Positions 56,001-64,000 of a stretch of 64,000 nt of DNA are shown here, in pieces. How positions within the stretch are numbered: the stretch's first letter is position 1; the number at the start of each line of letters is the position of its first letter. The translations under genes and the position numbers were made by a program. Under the pieces are notes generated by a model. The model was not told where the DNA came from. It saw only the letters and a program-made list of their open reading frames with translations, and did no database searches. The DNA lies in the NCBI GenBank assembly GCA_051546255.1, contig CP128819.1, positions 124,001 to 188,000 on the forward strand. The letters are read 5' to 3'. This DNA comes from Meyerozyma guilliermondii (lineage: Eukaryota).

Positions 56001-56254
56001 TAGTCGTAGACTTTCAGAGGTAGTTCAGAAAGTACCACAACTAAATTGCGTGCAAGCATTTTGGAAACGGCTAACGACCCATGTTTCTGTTCTTGTTTAT
56101 CGGACTCTTCGAGAGACTTGAATATGGCGTCCAACTGGTCCAATTGCACCTGGAATTCAATCTGATCTTGCGGGTTGGACAACACCAAATTGAGCGATGT
56201 GAGGTAGTTGTACACCTGAGAATGATCAGATAGGTCTAGAGACTGGTAATCCAT
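50027..56254 (-). CDS. LAA1: large HEAT-repeat AP-1 accessory protein Laa1 (HEATR5 family)
   Basis: 2075-aa helical protein; DPLYPTVSILEQQQAQIISAL motif typical of Laa1/HEATR5. Confidence 0.85.
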   Translation of the reverse strand: MDYQSLDLSDHSQVYNYLTSLNLVLSNPQDQIEFQVQLDQLDAIFKSLEESDKQEQKHGSLAVSKMLARNLVVVLSELPLKVYDYTNGLLNYINLNDSGTLAVSSTAAIILLTDIFESFPASLTSLINFSATLIYKILKKNPTISPHLVNLLCVVTKHATKSDLDVKFQAKLLKIATKALTLQSVADNTTTVSIKKSYTLLLKNLLILSVTTNYETSLAMSVSGSSKLKAESIMSTQHQFQLTLLETHKKTIQLGFTNYYKEIRIATVELLAHLLLSLVDTGKFSPVEYLVGEYPLPKLNTWHPSLNHEVDLDGEKVHGLRKDKNSLLARNSELIIDDDISLGLLGAGYVETLIFFVQLQQFQNLDYVSTNIIAILDAVLSKFRCLNDVPNHIQDKQWNTVLDHWLRVIDFVHGESGSTSQDLFMRYVFQKFSMESIEETSKSEPKKEGARFTLMRSKTVSKSKKRDESESGILPFHNPYTCRLLLYIIELLIPFGVNFNSLVQSPDQAEEEQLTKNSFLNDLLFKLIINSNDYIRTYSLSTLLKYGATNEVEINPLVLRSFEGLTHEFSALDTPSTHETASDEKDNVTRSLSIKILSYSLFLLSLIKQTDSTLLLNSVVAKMLGFCTQNLKQNTTLSKKNILKNSSCWILLTSLVTLYKDSEFVKLNSSQFLVFWKSLLTSQFMGLSKDESDGPETQKEVLGNLRLRIHSLGCLLNYIDSAELTPESLKNLHFLLTKSYNYLAYLESNLGDIGAVTNFSSTEFQESNYNPNLVSNTLFSNHLLLETASIENVFVSLILYSKKILLRCFNKLLPLLKNDVNSSMVVFLIRVFSDTKIFSRIQNIESREKSKSKSRQDRRTIQDKEPSFVPLSEEYNYSFGVTSKLRPFTPHLDMILLPNDKDSRPLLESSSYDILDWIDKLELNVWKLVDNSVNYDPSVFLHGDYSAQEQFLTNLLTSLVDYSIELLQSVFPQLSLKIQHSLLEQIRGFITAKDVDGLRSRAASINTVVALHGLAANYFDKGKKLDGRLADAIVQICEVVNTEDPSMLLLITETIGLAVSISVTQKTEELIAKYIKVIVNDNDPIARARSLLILSKIYQFTGRQFSDVYGVVSQLLNDPHPIINHFSLKSLVILSSGRDLRSRNTEILHQLHECFIKDDFNNTSSKATSNMRYRFPSVHLAANICEQIVTSFGPGLHELASDSKDRLVSLVVSIRHGINVASQPDAIKTTSNFLSLLLELVIFDHNFLYKELLFFTNFLNLIIARNLKTGVATTPLTSFSEEALFSCTTSKALYEKACGCYVQLFKIHGIKSLSKETVKLLWISMNCFACDDLKLLTKLWVESSSDIDWFAVLNSLFRYSSKKLQGLFMEINYHQKLLPLLQRQKKANQHVEFRDEEIENIVAEGDEDAEKSEPISWEFRLHIFELLNQVLLQAKTDDKLLNNLKSRIQDLIKISFFGSTAPTSDMRLKGIELLDRTLKLFGHMADPLYPTVSILEQQQAQIISALMPCFSADSDSKVLSEAINVSSKFINLPLIKFYSKKRILNTLISLLEEISSNKFIRFTFLENISEYGRKSIQLSILNCWAHLQINSEEVNDAEGSELKEILEKYSSILVPLWILILKEYSQIKHSEHASKELALYNNYWINFISVLSLQLESNSSKMNEYLGENESNFFFILFSLSVETLVRNQNVSEILLCLTRLFKNSKLVELLFDNEIFCEFIDLIDRLILIDQGVEVECEISEMIYTIFQSYLNTNTDPEEGLNKLFELLRVSILPLFNILPFLRNDFDVEDPNTRMRLKKYDSGPSLIITGTFLQKVVEMISKFPDMIKKDLYSCLLFIFAKIYEQKNPLLIAVVLPHLKSVIVEVMKISDEMVKSFYYAIHDYYNFESDNNVWVLSALVLITTGEVEHNEQESILVANSLCNMIDEDEHTTLAVQAIKSLVLTPACQNSLVLKNIIQTLLLKLWNDEEAVSKRKLPMELLLVYAKEQKREPNKLKIFYGLLVPLLLKFANTELKSYVKERLMVLLNMDADAFKQAIGSLSEQQRQAAESLLVYNANGNSADLVNEIELKTFGQA

Positions 56255-56397
56255 CTTGAAATGAGAATTTTGTGGAGAAAAATGGATAGAATGATCAGAT
56301 CGGTGTGTGTTTTAGGAACAGATTTACGTGGAGTTGAAGTGAAAGTTGTCCAGCCGCGACAGGGCATTATGCAGGAGATTTGGTATGAAGGTGGTAA

Positions 56398-57333
56398 CTA
56401 TTTAACTGGCTGTTGGGCGGCTTTGGTGAAGGCCCGAAGAGACGAAAAGATGCGACGTGACTTCTTACGTGTTGGTAAGTTTGTGGGAGTGAGCTGGTGC
56501 GAATTTGATGAAGCTTGCAGAAGATTTTGACGGACTGGCGTTTTTCGCGGTTTGGCTAGTTGAGAAGATTCCGCCAGTTTTCTAGTGAAAACTCTTGGTT
56601 TTTCAGGTGTGGCCTTATTTCGCGGTCCTGTGCTGGTATACATGCCCTCTGGCAAGATTATTGAGTGGCGGATAATGTTAGCTTCTTTCGCAGCCAAATG
56701 CGACATCTCGGTGAGCTCTCGAAGCCGATGAAGAGAATCTGATTTGGGTAATCTTTTGGGTCCGGATATCAACACGTCCCGCATGCTGAGGACCAGAAGA
56801 TCGCCTTCAAACGACTCGGGCGGCACAGAATTGCCTTGAAGTTTGGAAATTGTTTGCTGCAATTCTGCCACAGAATTCTCATAATTGGAAATTAAAAGGT
56901 TTTTTTGTACGCCCAGTTCACGTTCCCGCTGAACCTCGTCTTCCAATAACGCTATTCGCTCTAGGAGATCGTTGTTCATCTGCTGAGCCAACTCTATTTT
57001 GCTGGCATAAATACGATCGTTCAGCTCCATCGACTCATTTGCAACTTCAATGGCCACTAGTCGTTTGGTCAATTGGTTGATTTTTTCCTCGTTTTCGCGT
57101 TTCTGGGCCCGTGACGCCTCCTGTGCTTCTAAAACTTGCTGTGCTAGTGCTTTTTCTCTTGCTTTTCCAGCATTTATTTCATCATTTGCCTTTTTTAGTT
57201 GCTGCTGAAGTATTGAGTTTGAGTTTTCAAGCCGTGAAAGTTCATCTTCAAGTGCCAGTTCAAGTTCCTTGCTCGATTCCTGGAACTCTACAAGCTCTAG
57301 CTCGAGCTGCTCAACCCGTTCGGTGAGCTCCAT
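56398..57333 (-). CDS. NDL1: NudE/Ndl1 dynein-regulatory coiled-coil protein
   Basis: ELVEFQESSKELELALEDEL...IEVANESME...LLERIALLEDE NudE-like coiled coil; ATG 57333. Confidence 0.8.
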   Translation of the reverse strand: MELTERVEQLELELVEFQESSKELELALEDELSRLENSNSILQQQLKKANDEINAGKAREKALAQQVLEAQEASRAQKRENEEKINQLTKRLVAIEVANESMELNDRIYASKIELAQQMNNDLLERIALLEDEVQRERELGVQKNLLISNYENSVAELQQTISKLQGNSVPPESFEGDLLVLSMRDVLISGPKRLPKSDSLHRLRELTEMSHLAAKEANIIRHSIILPEGMYTSTGPRNKATPEKPRVFTRKLAESSQLAKPRKTPVRQNLLQASSNSHQLTPTNLPTRKKSRRIFSSLRAFTKAAQQPVK

Positions 57334-57542
57334 TAACAAACAGTGAGAATAAACTATAAACTATGTTGTGAGATAAAGTGGTGTATGGGTGGGAACGAAT
57401 GGTGATAGCACCAGAAAAGAAGAGAGTTAAGAAAGGAAAAGAAGAAAGAAAAAGAAAGAAAAGGGAGTTGAACAGCCGGTGGTTATCATGGAATGTAGCC
57501 TCGGAGTACATTCCCGTGAATTTTTGCCCTTATGTTTTATGT

Positions 57543-57733
57543 GGTCACGTGACCCTCGTCGCAAAACAACGATGTTTTCCCACTTGTCATTTCATTTACC
57601 CCGGTTGATTTGACATCCTGAGCCAAATCTTTCAAAACCCTAATATTTACTCTTATCGCTTTAGGTCGCGAAAACATCCATCTACAACAACTACCTCAGT
57701 GTTACCCGACACCATCACCCCAAGTGTTACCCG
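57543..57733. promoter_or_regulatory. general-regulatory-factor site cluster: Cbf1, Tbf1, CGCGAAA, 2x Reb1
   Basis: GGTCACGTGACC 57543-54; AACCCTAA 57636-43; CGCGAAA 57667-73; AGTGTTACCCG at 57698 and 57723. Confidence 0.7.
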
Positions 57734-57738
57734 TCGCA

Positions 57739-59568
57739 ATGGAAACGAGAGCGATCGGTGGAGCCAAAGCACTACTTCAGTTAGGAAAAGAAGGAGAACA
57801 AGAAGATGTTGTGAATGAGAGTCAAGACAGTGGGGACGATGGGTTCCAGCGGAGTGGAAATGGGGACGAATTAGACGAAAATCTCACCAACCACAATGTT
57901 TCTCAAATCGACGAAATGACAATACGAAGGCGAGGAAATCGGGAAATAAGACAACAAAGCCGAAACCAGGAAATAAACCAAAACCAGGAAGTAAACCAAA
58001 ACCAGGACATAAACCAAAACCAAGACACAAATGATCAACTTCAGAACCAACTTGAACCTGAACCTCAGTCGCAGTCTCAATCGCACCAACCCCAGTCCCC
58101 CGACTCCCACGAGTCGTCCACGCAGCTCAACGACGCCGTGGAAGCAGCGGTGCTTCGGTATGTAGGGGGGACCCTTGACAACAGAATGGACCGGCCGTAT
58201 AAGCGGCGACACGAATTGATGAACATTGACTACCAGTGGAACTTTTTGGACGACAACGACAACAAACGCAAGAAGCATTCGGACATTGATCCTGAGCTAG
58301 CAGGGCTTGATTCGGAGCACGACCAGTTGGTTCAAGCAGCCATTATGGATGCTCGAGAATTGGCTAAGCAATTGGGCCAGGGTGCGTTGCACGAAGAAGG
58401 TGCGGTTCATGGCTTGGCTCCCCACCAGGCTCAGCAGGTTCTTGCGGAAATCAAGGATGGAAGCTCTCGTAGTCGAGATGCGACGAGAAACAGACAAATG
58501 ACTACTCACCAAGGACAGGACCGTAATCGTGAAACAGACAATGATCACCATACCGATTTGAAAAAATTCACTTCACTCGATTCACTTGTGGACGAAGCAG
58601 CCTCAATGGCTTGCTCGTGGTACAATTCGGTTCCTCACGAGACCCCAGGTCCACGGATGTTTCTGGCGCAAGAAATAGCCGCTGTAGACTTGTTTATCCA
58701 TGGCTACTGTCATCTCCATAAGCTTAGTCGCCAGGATATTTGTGCACGAATCTGGTCCAACGAGCGGAAGAAGGACAATTTTTGGGAATCGCTCACCAGA
58801 GTGCTTCCGTATCGTCTGCGGGCGCTGGTGTACAAGCATGTGAGGCGCCAGTACCATGTGTTTCAGGTGCGGGCGAAATGGAGCAAAGAAGACGACGAAT
58901 TTTTGCGGAAACTTGCACAGACAAAGCAGGGCAATTGGAAGGAAATTGGTGATATAATGGGCCGAATGCCGGAGGATTGTCGAGATAGGTGGAGAAATTA
59001 TGTTAAATGTGGAGACAATCGTCTGCTTAACAAATGGCTGGAAGACGAGGAAAAACAGCTTCGTGATGCCGTGGCCCAGGTGCAAGGATCCGACAGTGAA
59101 AAGCCCATCAATTGGACGGTGGTGAGTGAAAAAATGAACGGGATTCGACTGCGCATTCAATGCCGCTACAAGTGGAACAAACTTCTTAAGAGAGAATCTT
59201 CGGTACGAGCAGCGTCTATGGATGCTCATACGAAACTTTGGCTATTTCAAAAGTTACAGTCACTTGACTTCCCCACGGTGGAGTCGGTGGACTGGCAATA
59301 TCTCGCCCAAATGTACCAGGACGAGCAAAAGGACGCACGGTGGGCCAGCGCAGACTTTAAATTTGGCTTCGATAAGCTCAAAAGTGAGGTGAAAAACCAC
59401 CGGAAACTTCCACTTTCTGAAATACTCACTCGCTTGATTACAGACTTGTATGCTCGTGAAGGCCAGGAGCTTCCACCAGCAGACTTTGATGCAAAAATGG
59501 ACTCTGCCAGTTTGGCAAATGCGGCCGTGGCGGCCGTGGAGGATAACCAGCAGTATTTGTGGAGATAA
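57739..59568 (+). CDS. REB1: Myb-domain DNA-binding protein Reb1/Nsi1
   Basis: RIWSNERKKDNFWE, GRMPEDCRDRWRNYVKCG, INWTVVSEKMNG-R(S)RIQCRYKWNKL; ATG 57739. Confidence 0.85.
   Translation: METRAIGGAKALLQLGKEGEQEDVVNESQDSGDDGFQRSGNGDELDENLTNHNVSQIDEMTIRRRGNREIRQQSRNQEINQNQEVNQNQDINQNQDTNDQLQNQLEPEPQSQSQSHQPQSPDSHESSTQLNDAVEAAVLRYVGGTLDNRMDRPYKRRHELMNIDYQWNFLDDNDNKRKKHSDIDPELAGLDSEHDQLVQAAIMDARELAKQLGQGALHEEGAVHGLAPHQAQQVLAEIKDGSSRSRDATRNRQMTTHQGQDRNRETDNDHHTDLKKFTSLDSLVDEAASMACSWYNSVPHETPGPRMFLAQEIAAVDLFIHGYCHLHKLSRQDICARIWSNERKKDNFWESLTRVLPYRLRALVYKHVRRQYHVFQVRAKWSKEDDEFLRKLAQTKQGNWKEIGDIMGRMPEDCRDRWRNYVKCGDNRLLNKWLEDEEKQLRDAVAQVQGSDSEKPINWTVVSEKMNGIRLRIQCRYKWNKLLKRESSVRAASMDAHTKLWLFQKLQSLDFPTVESVDWQYLAQMYQDEQKDARWASADFKFGFDKLKSEVKNHRKLPLSEILTRLITDLYAREGQELPPADFDAKMDSASLANAAVAAVEDNQQYLWR
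57963..58034 (+). repeat. 18-bp coding tandem repeat (NQ[E/D]xNQ) x4 in REB1
   Basis: aaccaggaaataaaccaa / aaccaggaagtaaaccaa / aaccaggacataaaccaa / aaccaagacacaaatgat. Confidence 0.8.
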
Positions 59569-59668
59569 GCTTACACAGTATGTACTATATAGTAAATCGG
59601 TCTTGTCCTGCACCGTGGTCGCGATTCTCAATTCTCATTAATCCTGCATTCCACAAATCAACATCGCC

Positions 59669-62542
59669 ATGCTCAACTACGACGACAGCGATGCCACGCT
59701 CTGTGGTTTCTACGGCATCCGGACCTTGGATCCACGTACTTCTGCCGACTTGCAGTCCAGGGGATTGGTCAATGATGATGACGTAGACTTGGTTTCGCCA
59801 GAAATTAATTTTAAACGTTTGACTGATATCGTCAACGACAACACAGGCCACGTTAGTAACGTTGAATACGCTTTCGGCTCGGAAGACGTCGAGGATCCGT
59901 TCAGAGGACGAGGAACCAATGTCGTGGAGGAGTTGTTGAGGCGACATATCGTGGAACTGCCCGATGATCCCATGGTGAAAAAGTTCTTGATGTCATCCCA
60001 AAAGTTCGATTCCCAAGTTTTCTTAACTACTGTCCACAGTGACTCGTCAGTGGAACAGCTCATGCAACTGCTCCAGTTTCTCGAGCGCGATATCCAGAAC
60101 CAAACCGCTCAGCTTCGTCAGGTAATTGACGAGAACTACATCAAGTTTGTGGACTGTAAGCGTACCATTGACGATATTTTGTTCGAGTTCAAGTCGTCCA
60201 AGACTTACGCCCAGCAAGAGCGTGACTCGTCCAAGGTGTACAATCCTCTGAGACAGCGCAAATTGCAGCAAAGTGAGTCGCTTGCTGCCGAGTTGGAGGA
60301 GTCTTTACAGAACATAAATATCGCATCCAACCTCATGATCGGACCCATAATAGAAAGCAAAAACAAGGAGTCCAAGCTCAACAAGGTGATCGAGTTCATT
60401 CGAACCCATAGCTTTTTTTTCGATCTTCCTAGTAACCTTATACGATACCTTGCTGAACACAATCATGATCAATTCATCGATGATTACCAACGATTCTTAA
60501 AAGAAAAAGAAGAGTACTTGGCAGCCCAGAACTACAAGCACAAATCGGCCATTTCCCGACCCGATGGTGAATACAAAGACGAATATCAGAAAAGCCAGGC
60601 TATTATTAACACCATTTTGCTGCGTGTGTTCGCTGAAATCGACAATATTGTCAACGAATTCCGCAAAAAAGCATACAAGGATTTGCTTTCCATGGACTAC
60701 GAGGTCTCTACCTCGAAATACAGGAGCAAGAACGCAAGCAACGCAAAGTTTATGACGTTGGTTGACAAGATTCAGCTCTTGGATAGCACGCCTTCAACGT
60801 CGCCCATTTCTGAGTTCCTCCATACTCAACTAGACAACTTGTCGAGAGATTTCACCTACCAATCAACCAAATTCGAATCCAAATTTAACGGCATGCAATC
60901 AAAACTTGGCCATTATATGTCTTCTTTGCCGAGGTGCCGAGATGGTGGGTCCCAAATTCGGTTCATAGCCGACAAGTATACCAGTGTAGAAGCCTACCTT
61001 CGTGCCAGCTCGAATTCAGCATCGCTCACAGATAACGAAAAGGACAAAATAATTCTTGAAGTATTCGAATCGTCGGACAATCTTGACCTCTCCATTGTCA
61101 GTGAAACCTGGCTCGTTTTGGTCAATTTTATGTCTTACATTGACGATTTCTTGTCTCGGAACGTATCCAAGTTTGTTACAAACTATGCTCATTACCATAA
61201 AGAATTAGCAAGCCAAGACCACAATCAGGAATTATGGAAATTGTTCTCCCAGATAATATTGGATATCACCAGCAACCTTTTAGCACTATTCAAGGATGAT
61301 GCCGCAGGAAACCAACTTGAGTCGGCCCCGGAAAGCTACTCTTTATTCTTACCGCACCATACAAACTCACTTTCAGCACTTCATTATCTCAGCATTTTGT
61401 CTTCCAAATTGGATGAGATTTTCACTCGCATGGGAGCACAAGTTGCTACAGTTGGAAATGTTTCCAAGAATGTCGATACCAACAAACTCATCAAGTCACT
61501 ACGCAGCTCATCAGCTTCAATCACCCAGAAATTGGTGGAAGCAGTTTGCTCGGTTTGGATTAATGATTGTTCCCAGTTTTACGACCTTGAAGAATGGCAA
61601 GAAGTACACCCTAAAAACGAAGGTGGACGAAATGGAATGGACTCCACTTATACTAGAACCATGAATATCCTCGAGGGCTATGAAGTTTTCGTTCTCAACA
61701 AGCTTGCCAAGTTGGTCTTTTCTACTTCACAAGAAGATAAAGTTCGAATTGTGGCAGCACATCCAAGTAAACGAATTCTTATGAGTATCGAGATTCAGTT
61801 CATGCGAAGCTTGAAAAATCTAGTGGACTCGATAATGAAACGGTACACTATTGAAAAGTCGTCTGAACAAAACACACGAATGAAAGAATTGGGTTTGTAC
61901 AAGATCCTTACGATGAACAATTATGATAAAGTGTCGAGGTTAATTTACCCCAGATTGATACTGGTTTTCGACAAGTTGTTTGACAGAGATCTCCTGCAAC
62001 AAAACTTGAAGTTGTACGTTGATATTGACAAAGCTGGGCTTACAATATTGGATGACTTTTTGAATGAGGAGAAACATTGGATTGAGTCCAAGGTGAACAA
62101 GCACTTCCAAAAGATAATGACGTTTCTGCCCACTAGCAACTCGTTGAGGGTGGACAGTTTTATTTACGAAGTATTGGTTCATTTGGTGAAATTGGTGCAT
62201 TTTGTAAAACCCATAACTGCGCCAGACGTATTTGTGAGCATTATGAATGAACTCCAAACCAGTTTTCTCAAAATGCTCCTAGAGTGCTTGAGGGCCCATT
62301 CGCATATCGACAACTTACAGGGGTATATTGGCAACTTTAAGATGGATGTGAACTTTTTCGTGGAGGTTTTCGAGGGTAGTAACTATCTTCGGTTGAACGA
62401 TATATCGATGAGCACCGTTGAAATTACTCTTCAAATGCTCAATGAAATCGAAAGAGAAACAACCTACAGCGACAGGCAGTTTGACGACATCTTGATGAAG
62501 AACCTCAAGGACTCCGAGTACGAATTTGACTGCTTCTTGTGA
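59669..62542 (+). CDS. SEC5: exocyst subunit Sec5
   Basis: SSQKFDSQVFLTTVH...LRQVIDENYIKFVDCKRTID, FFFDLP, YDLEEW, ILMSIEIQF. Confidence 0.9.
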   Translation: MLNYDDSDATLCGFYGIRTLDPRTSADLQSRGLVNDDDVDLVSPEINFKRLTDIVNDNTGHVSNVEYAFGSEDVEDPFRGRGTNVVEELLRRHIVELPDDPMVKKFLMSSQKFDSQVFLTTVHSDSSVEQLMQLLQFLERDIQNQTAQLRQVIDENYIKFVDCKRTIDDILFEFKSSKTYAQQERDSSKVYNPLRQRKLQQSESLAAELEESLQNINIASNLMIGPIIESKNKESKLNKVIEFIRTHSFFFDLPSNLIRYLAEHNHDQFIDDYQRFLKEKEEYLAAQNYKHKSAISRPDGEYKDEYQKSQAIINTILLRVFAEIDNIVNEFRKKAYKDLLSMDYEVSTSKYRSKNASNAKFMTLVDKIQLLDSTPSTSPISEFLHTQLDNLSRDFTYQSTKFESKFNGMQSKLGHYMSSLPRCRDGGSQIRFIADKYTSVEAYLRASSNSASLTDNEKDKIILEVFESSDNLDLSIVSETWLVLVNFMSYIDDFLSRNVSKFVTNYAHYHKELASQDHNQELWKLFSQIILDITSNLLALFKDDAAGNQLESAPESYSLFLPHHTNSLSALHYLSILSSKLDEIFTRMGAQVATVGNVSKNVDTNKLIKSLRSSSASITQKLVEAVCSVWINDCSQFYDLEEWQEVHPKNEGGRNGMDSTYTRTMNILEGYEVFVLNKLAKLVFSTSQEDKVRIVAAHPSKRILMSIEIQFMRSLKNLVDSIMKRYTIEKSSEQNTRMKELGLYKILTMNNYDKVSRLIYPRLILVFDKLFDRDLLQQNLKLYVDIDKAGLTILDDFLNEEKHWIESKVNKHFQKIMTFLPTSNSLRVDSFIYEVLVHLVKLVHFVKPITAPDVFVSIMNELQTSFLKMLLECLRAHSHIDNLQGYIGNFKMDVNFFVEVFEGSNYLRLNDISMSTVEITLQMLNEIERETTYSDRQFDDILMKNLKDSEYEFDCFL

Positions 62543-62678
62543 AAGTTACCCGTAAATTAAATTATGTGGAAATGAACGACTCGGCTATACACGATTATAA
62601 CAATTTTGGAAGAAACGACCACTTGTGTGTGTATGTGTGTGATTTGATGGTCCCTTCAGCCGTGAATTGTTAGGTCTG

Positions 62679-63854
62679 TTACGCCTTTTCAGTGACGTGA
62701 AGCTCGTCGTTGACGGTCTTCTCAATCTTCACGGAGGAAGACGAATTGTCTTCCTCAACAAAATCAGCACCAATATTCTGAGTCTTGAGCTTGTTGAACA
62801 ACTCATTCTTCTCCTGCTCTGTGAGCTGGTTCTTCTTCTTACCCTTGATATGATACATAGGGTTCAATTCGATCAACTTCAAGTTCTTGCAGAAAGGCAA
62901 GTGGCCCTTCTTTTCCTCGTAAAGCATCAATGCAATTGCAACAATAAGAGCAAGCCAGTAGATGTTGTATGAGATCACCGAGCCGTAGGTGGCAGAATTT
63001 TGCCAGCCTAATAAAGCATTGAAGACATCCCAACCGTTATCAGTCTCTGGATTGCAACAATTGACATGCCACACCGACTTACTAATATCGTAAGTTCCTG
63101 GACCAGAACCGTTTTCCGATGCATCTCCTCCCGTCTGGACACTAAGAACATGACTTTCAAAGTACCAAATACCACGAGAGAACAATCCGGCCGAAATAAG
63201 GTAAAGAACACAGGTGGAAAAAATCAAGAAAATTTGCATGGACATGGTGGAGCCTCCATAGTACAACAAAAAGCCCACGAAAACACCAGCGATGATTCCA
63301 CAAATTACAGGAATGGGAAAGGCTGTAGCAGGACTATTCAATCCCACACCACCAACGAAAACCACTGCTTCCAAGCCTTCTCTCAAACAGGTGATAAAAG
63401 GTAAAATGAACATACAATATTTTTTCGTCAAGTAACCAATTTTAAACCGATCAGCTTTCTTTTCTGGCTCCTTAATCAATGCCTGAGCCAACTTGACTCT
63501 CCATTTCTCCTTCATTTTGTTGATTCGCAACATGGCTATACCCATAAGTGAAATCAAGACAGTTGCAATGATACAGAAAATTCCCTCCCAGATATCCTCA
63601 GACTTGGTCCAAATATCGTTTTTCAACGAATAAAAAGCTCCAATAAAAGCACATCCCAAAATCAAACATAGAATTACCCCCAGTATACTCCCGGCCCAAA
63701 CCTGTCGCACCAATCGTTTGTATGTTGTTGGGTCTTCCGTGGCCTGGCCAAGACCTTGTTTAAGGAACGCAAGCAACACCGAGACAACCACAATGGCCTC
63801 TAGGGATTCACGGAAAACGATGAAAAAGATTTGCACATTGAAGACATTTACCAT
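62679..63854 (-). CDS. FTR1: high-affinity iron permease
   Basis: MVNVFNVQIFFIVFRESLEA and LREGLEAVVF (two RExxE motifs); FNALLGWQNSATYGS; ATG 63854. Confidence 0.95.
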   Translation of the reverse strand: MVNVFNVQIFFIVFRESLEAIVVVSVLLAFLKQGLGQATEDPTTYKRLVRQVWAGSILGVILCLILGCAFIGAFYSLKNDIWTKSEDIWEGIFCIIATVLISLMGIAMLRINKMKEKWRVKLAQALIKEPEKKADRFKIGYLTKKYCMFILPFITCLREGLEAVVFVGGVGLNSPATAFPIPVICGIIAGVFVGFLLYYGGSTMSMQIFLIFSTCVLYLISAGLFSRGIWYFESHVLSVQTGGDASENGSGPGTYDISKSVWHVNCCNPETDNGWDVFNALLGWQNSATYGSVISYNIYWLALIVAIALMLYEEKKGHLPFCKNLKLIELNPMYHIKGKKKNQLTEQEKNELFNKLKTQNIGADFVEEDNSSSSVKIEKTVNDELHVTEKA

Positions 63855-64000
63855 GGTGACGAATGGCTGCAAAAAGTTGCTAAAAGTTCAACCCAAGAAA
63901 ATAGACCACAAAATGATGTTTTGCGGGTACCTAAGGGCAATATTTGAACACGGTCTTGTTGGATTTTTTCAGTCCTTTTATCCTTCAAAATGGGCAGGGT

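Overview
Gene-dense eukaryotic DNA from a budding yeast of the CUG-Ser (CTG) clade. CTG codons sit at conserved Ser positions, so the supplied ORF track mistranslates them as Leu. About 33 protein-coding genes are present. In order: GLR1 (partial), SMD3, a Hap1-like Zn2Cys6 factor, CQD2/MCP2, FYV7, AVT2, TOF1, two tandem Zn2Cys6 factors, PCL1, an unknown, MRP10, a TRP/FLC-like membrane protein, RKM4, BUB3, an unknown, NBA1, PRR1, RGR1, SUT1, an unknown, glucose-6-P 1-epimerase, AUR1, MRP17, MET14, DID4, a D-amino-acid oxidase, a Fet3-family ferroxidase, LAA1, NDL1, REB1/NSI1, SEC5 and FTR1. Not shown by the ORF track: (1) a box C/D snoRNA matching snR40, starting about 60 bp after a transcription-factor stop codon; (2) a 45-nt intron that restores the FAD-binding N-terminus of the D-amino-acid oxidase; (3) tandem Reb1 sites directly in front of the REB1-like gene; (4) several short intergenic repeat arrays; (5) a run of co-directional genes with only 77-143 bp between them. 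I saw no mobile elements, tRNA, rRNA or CRISPR, and no evidence for a wholly new system. Gene names rest on motifs I recognise from memory, not on database searches.
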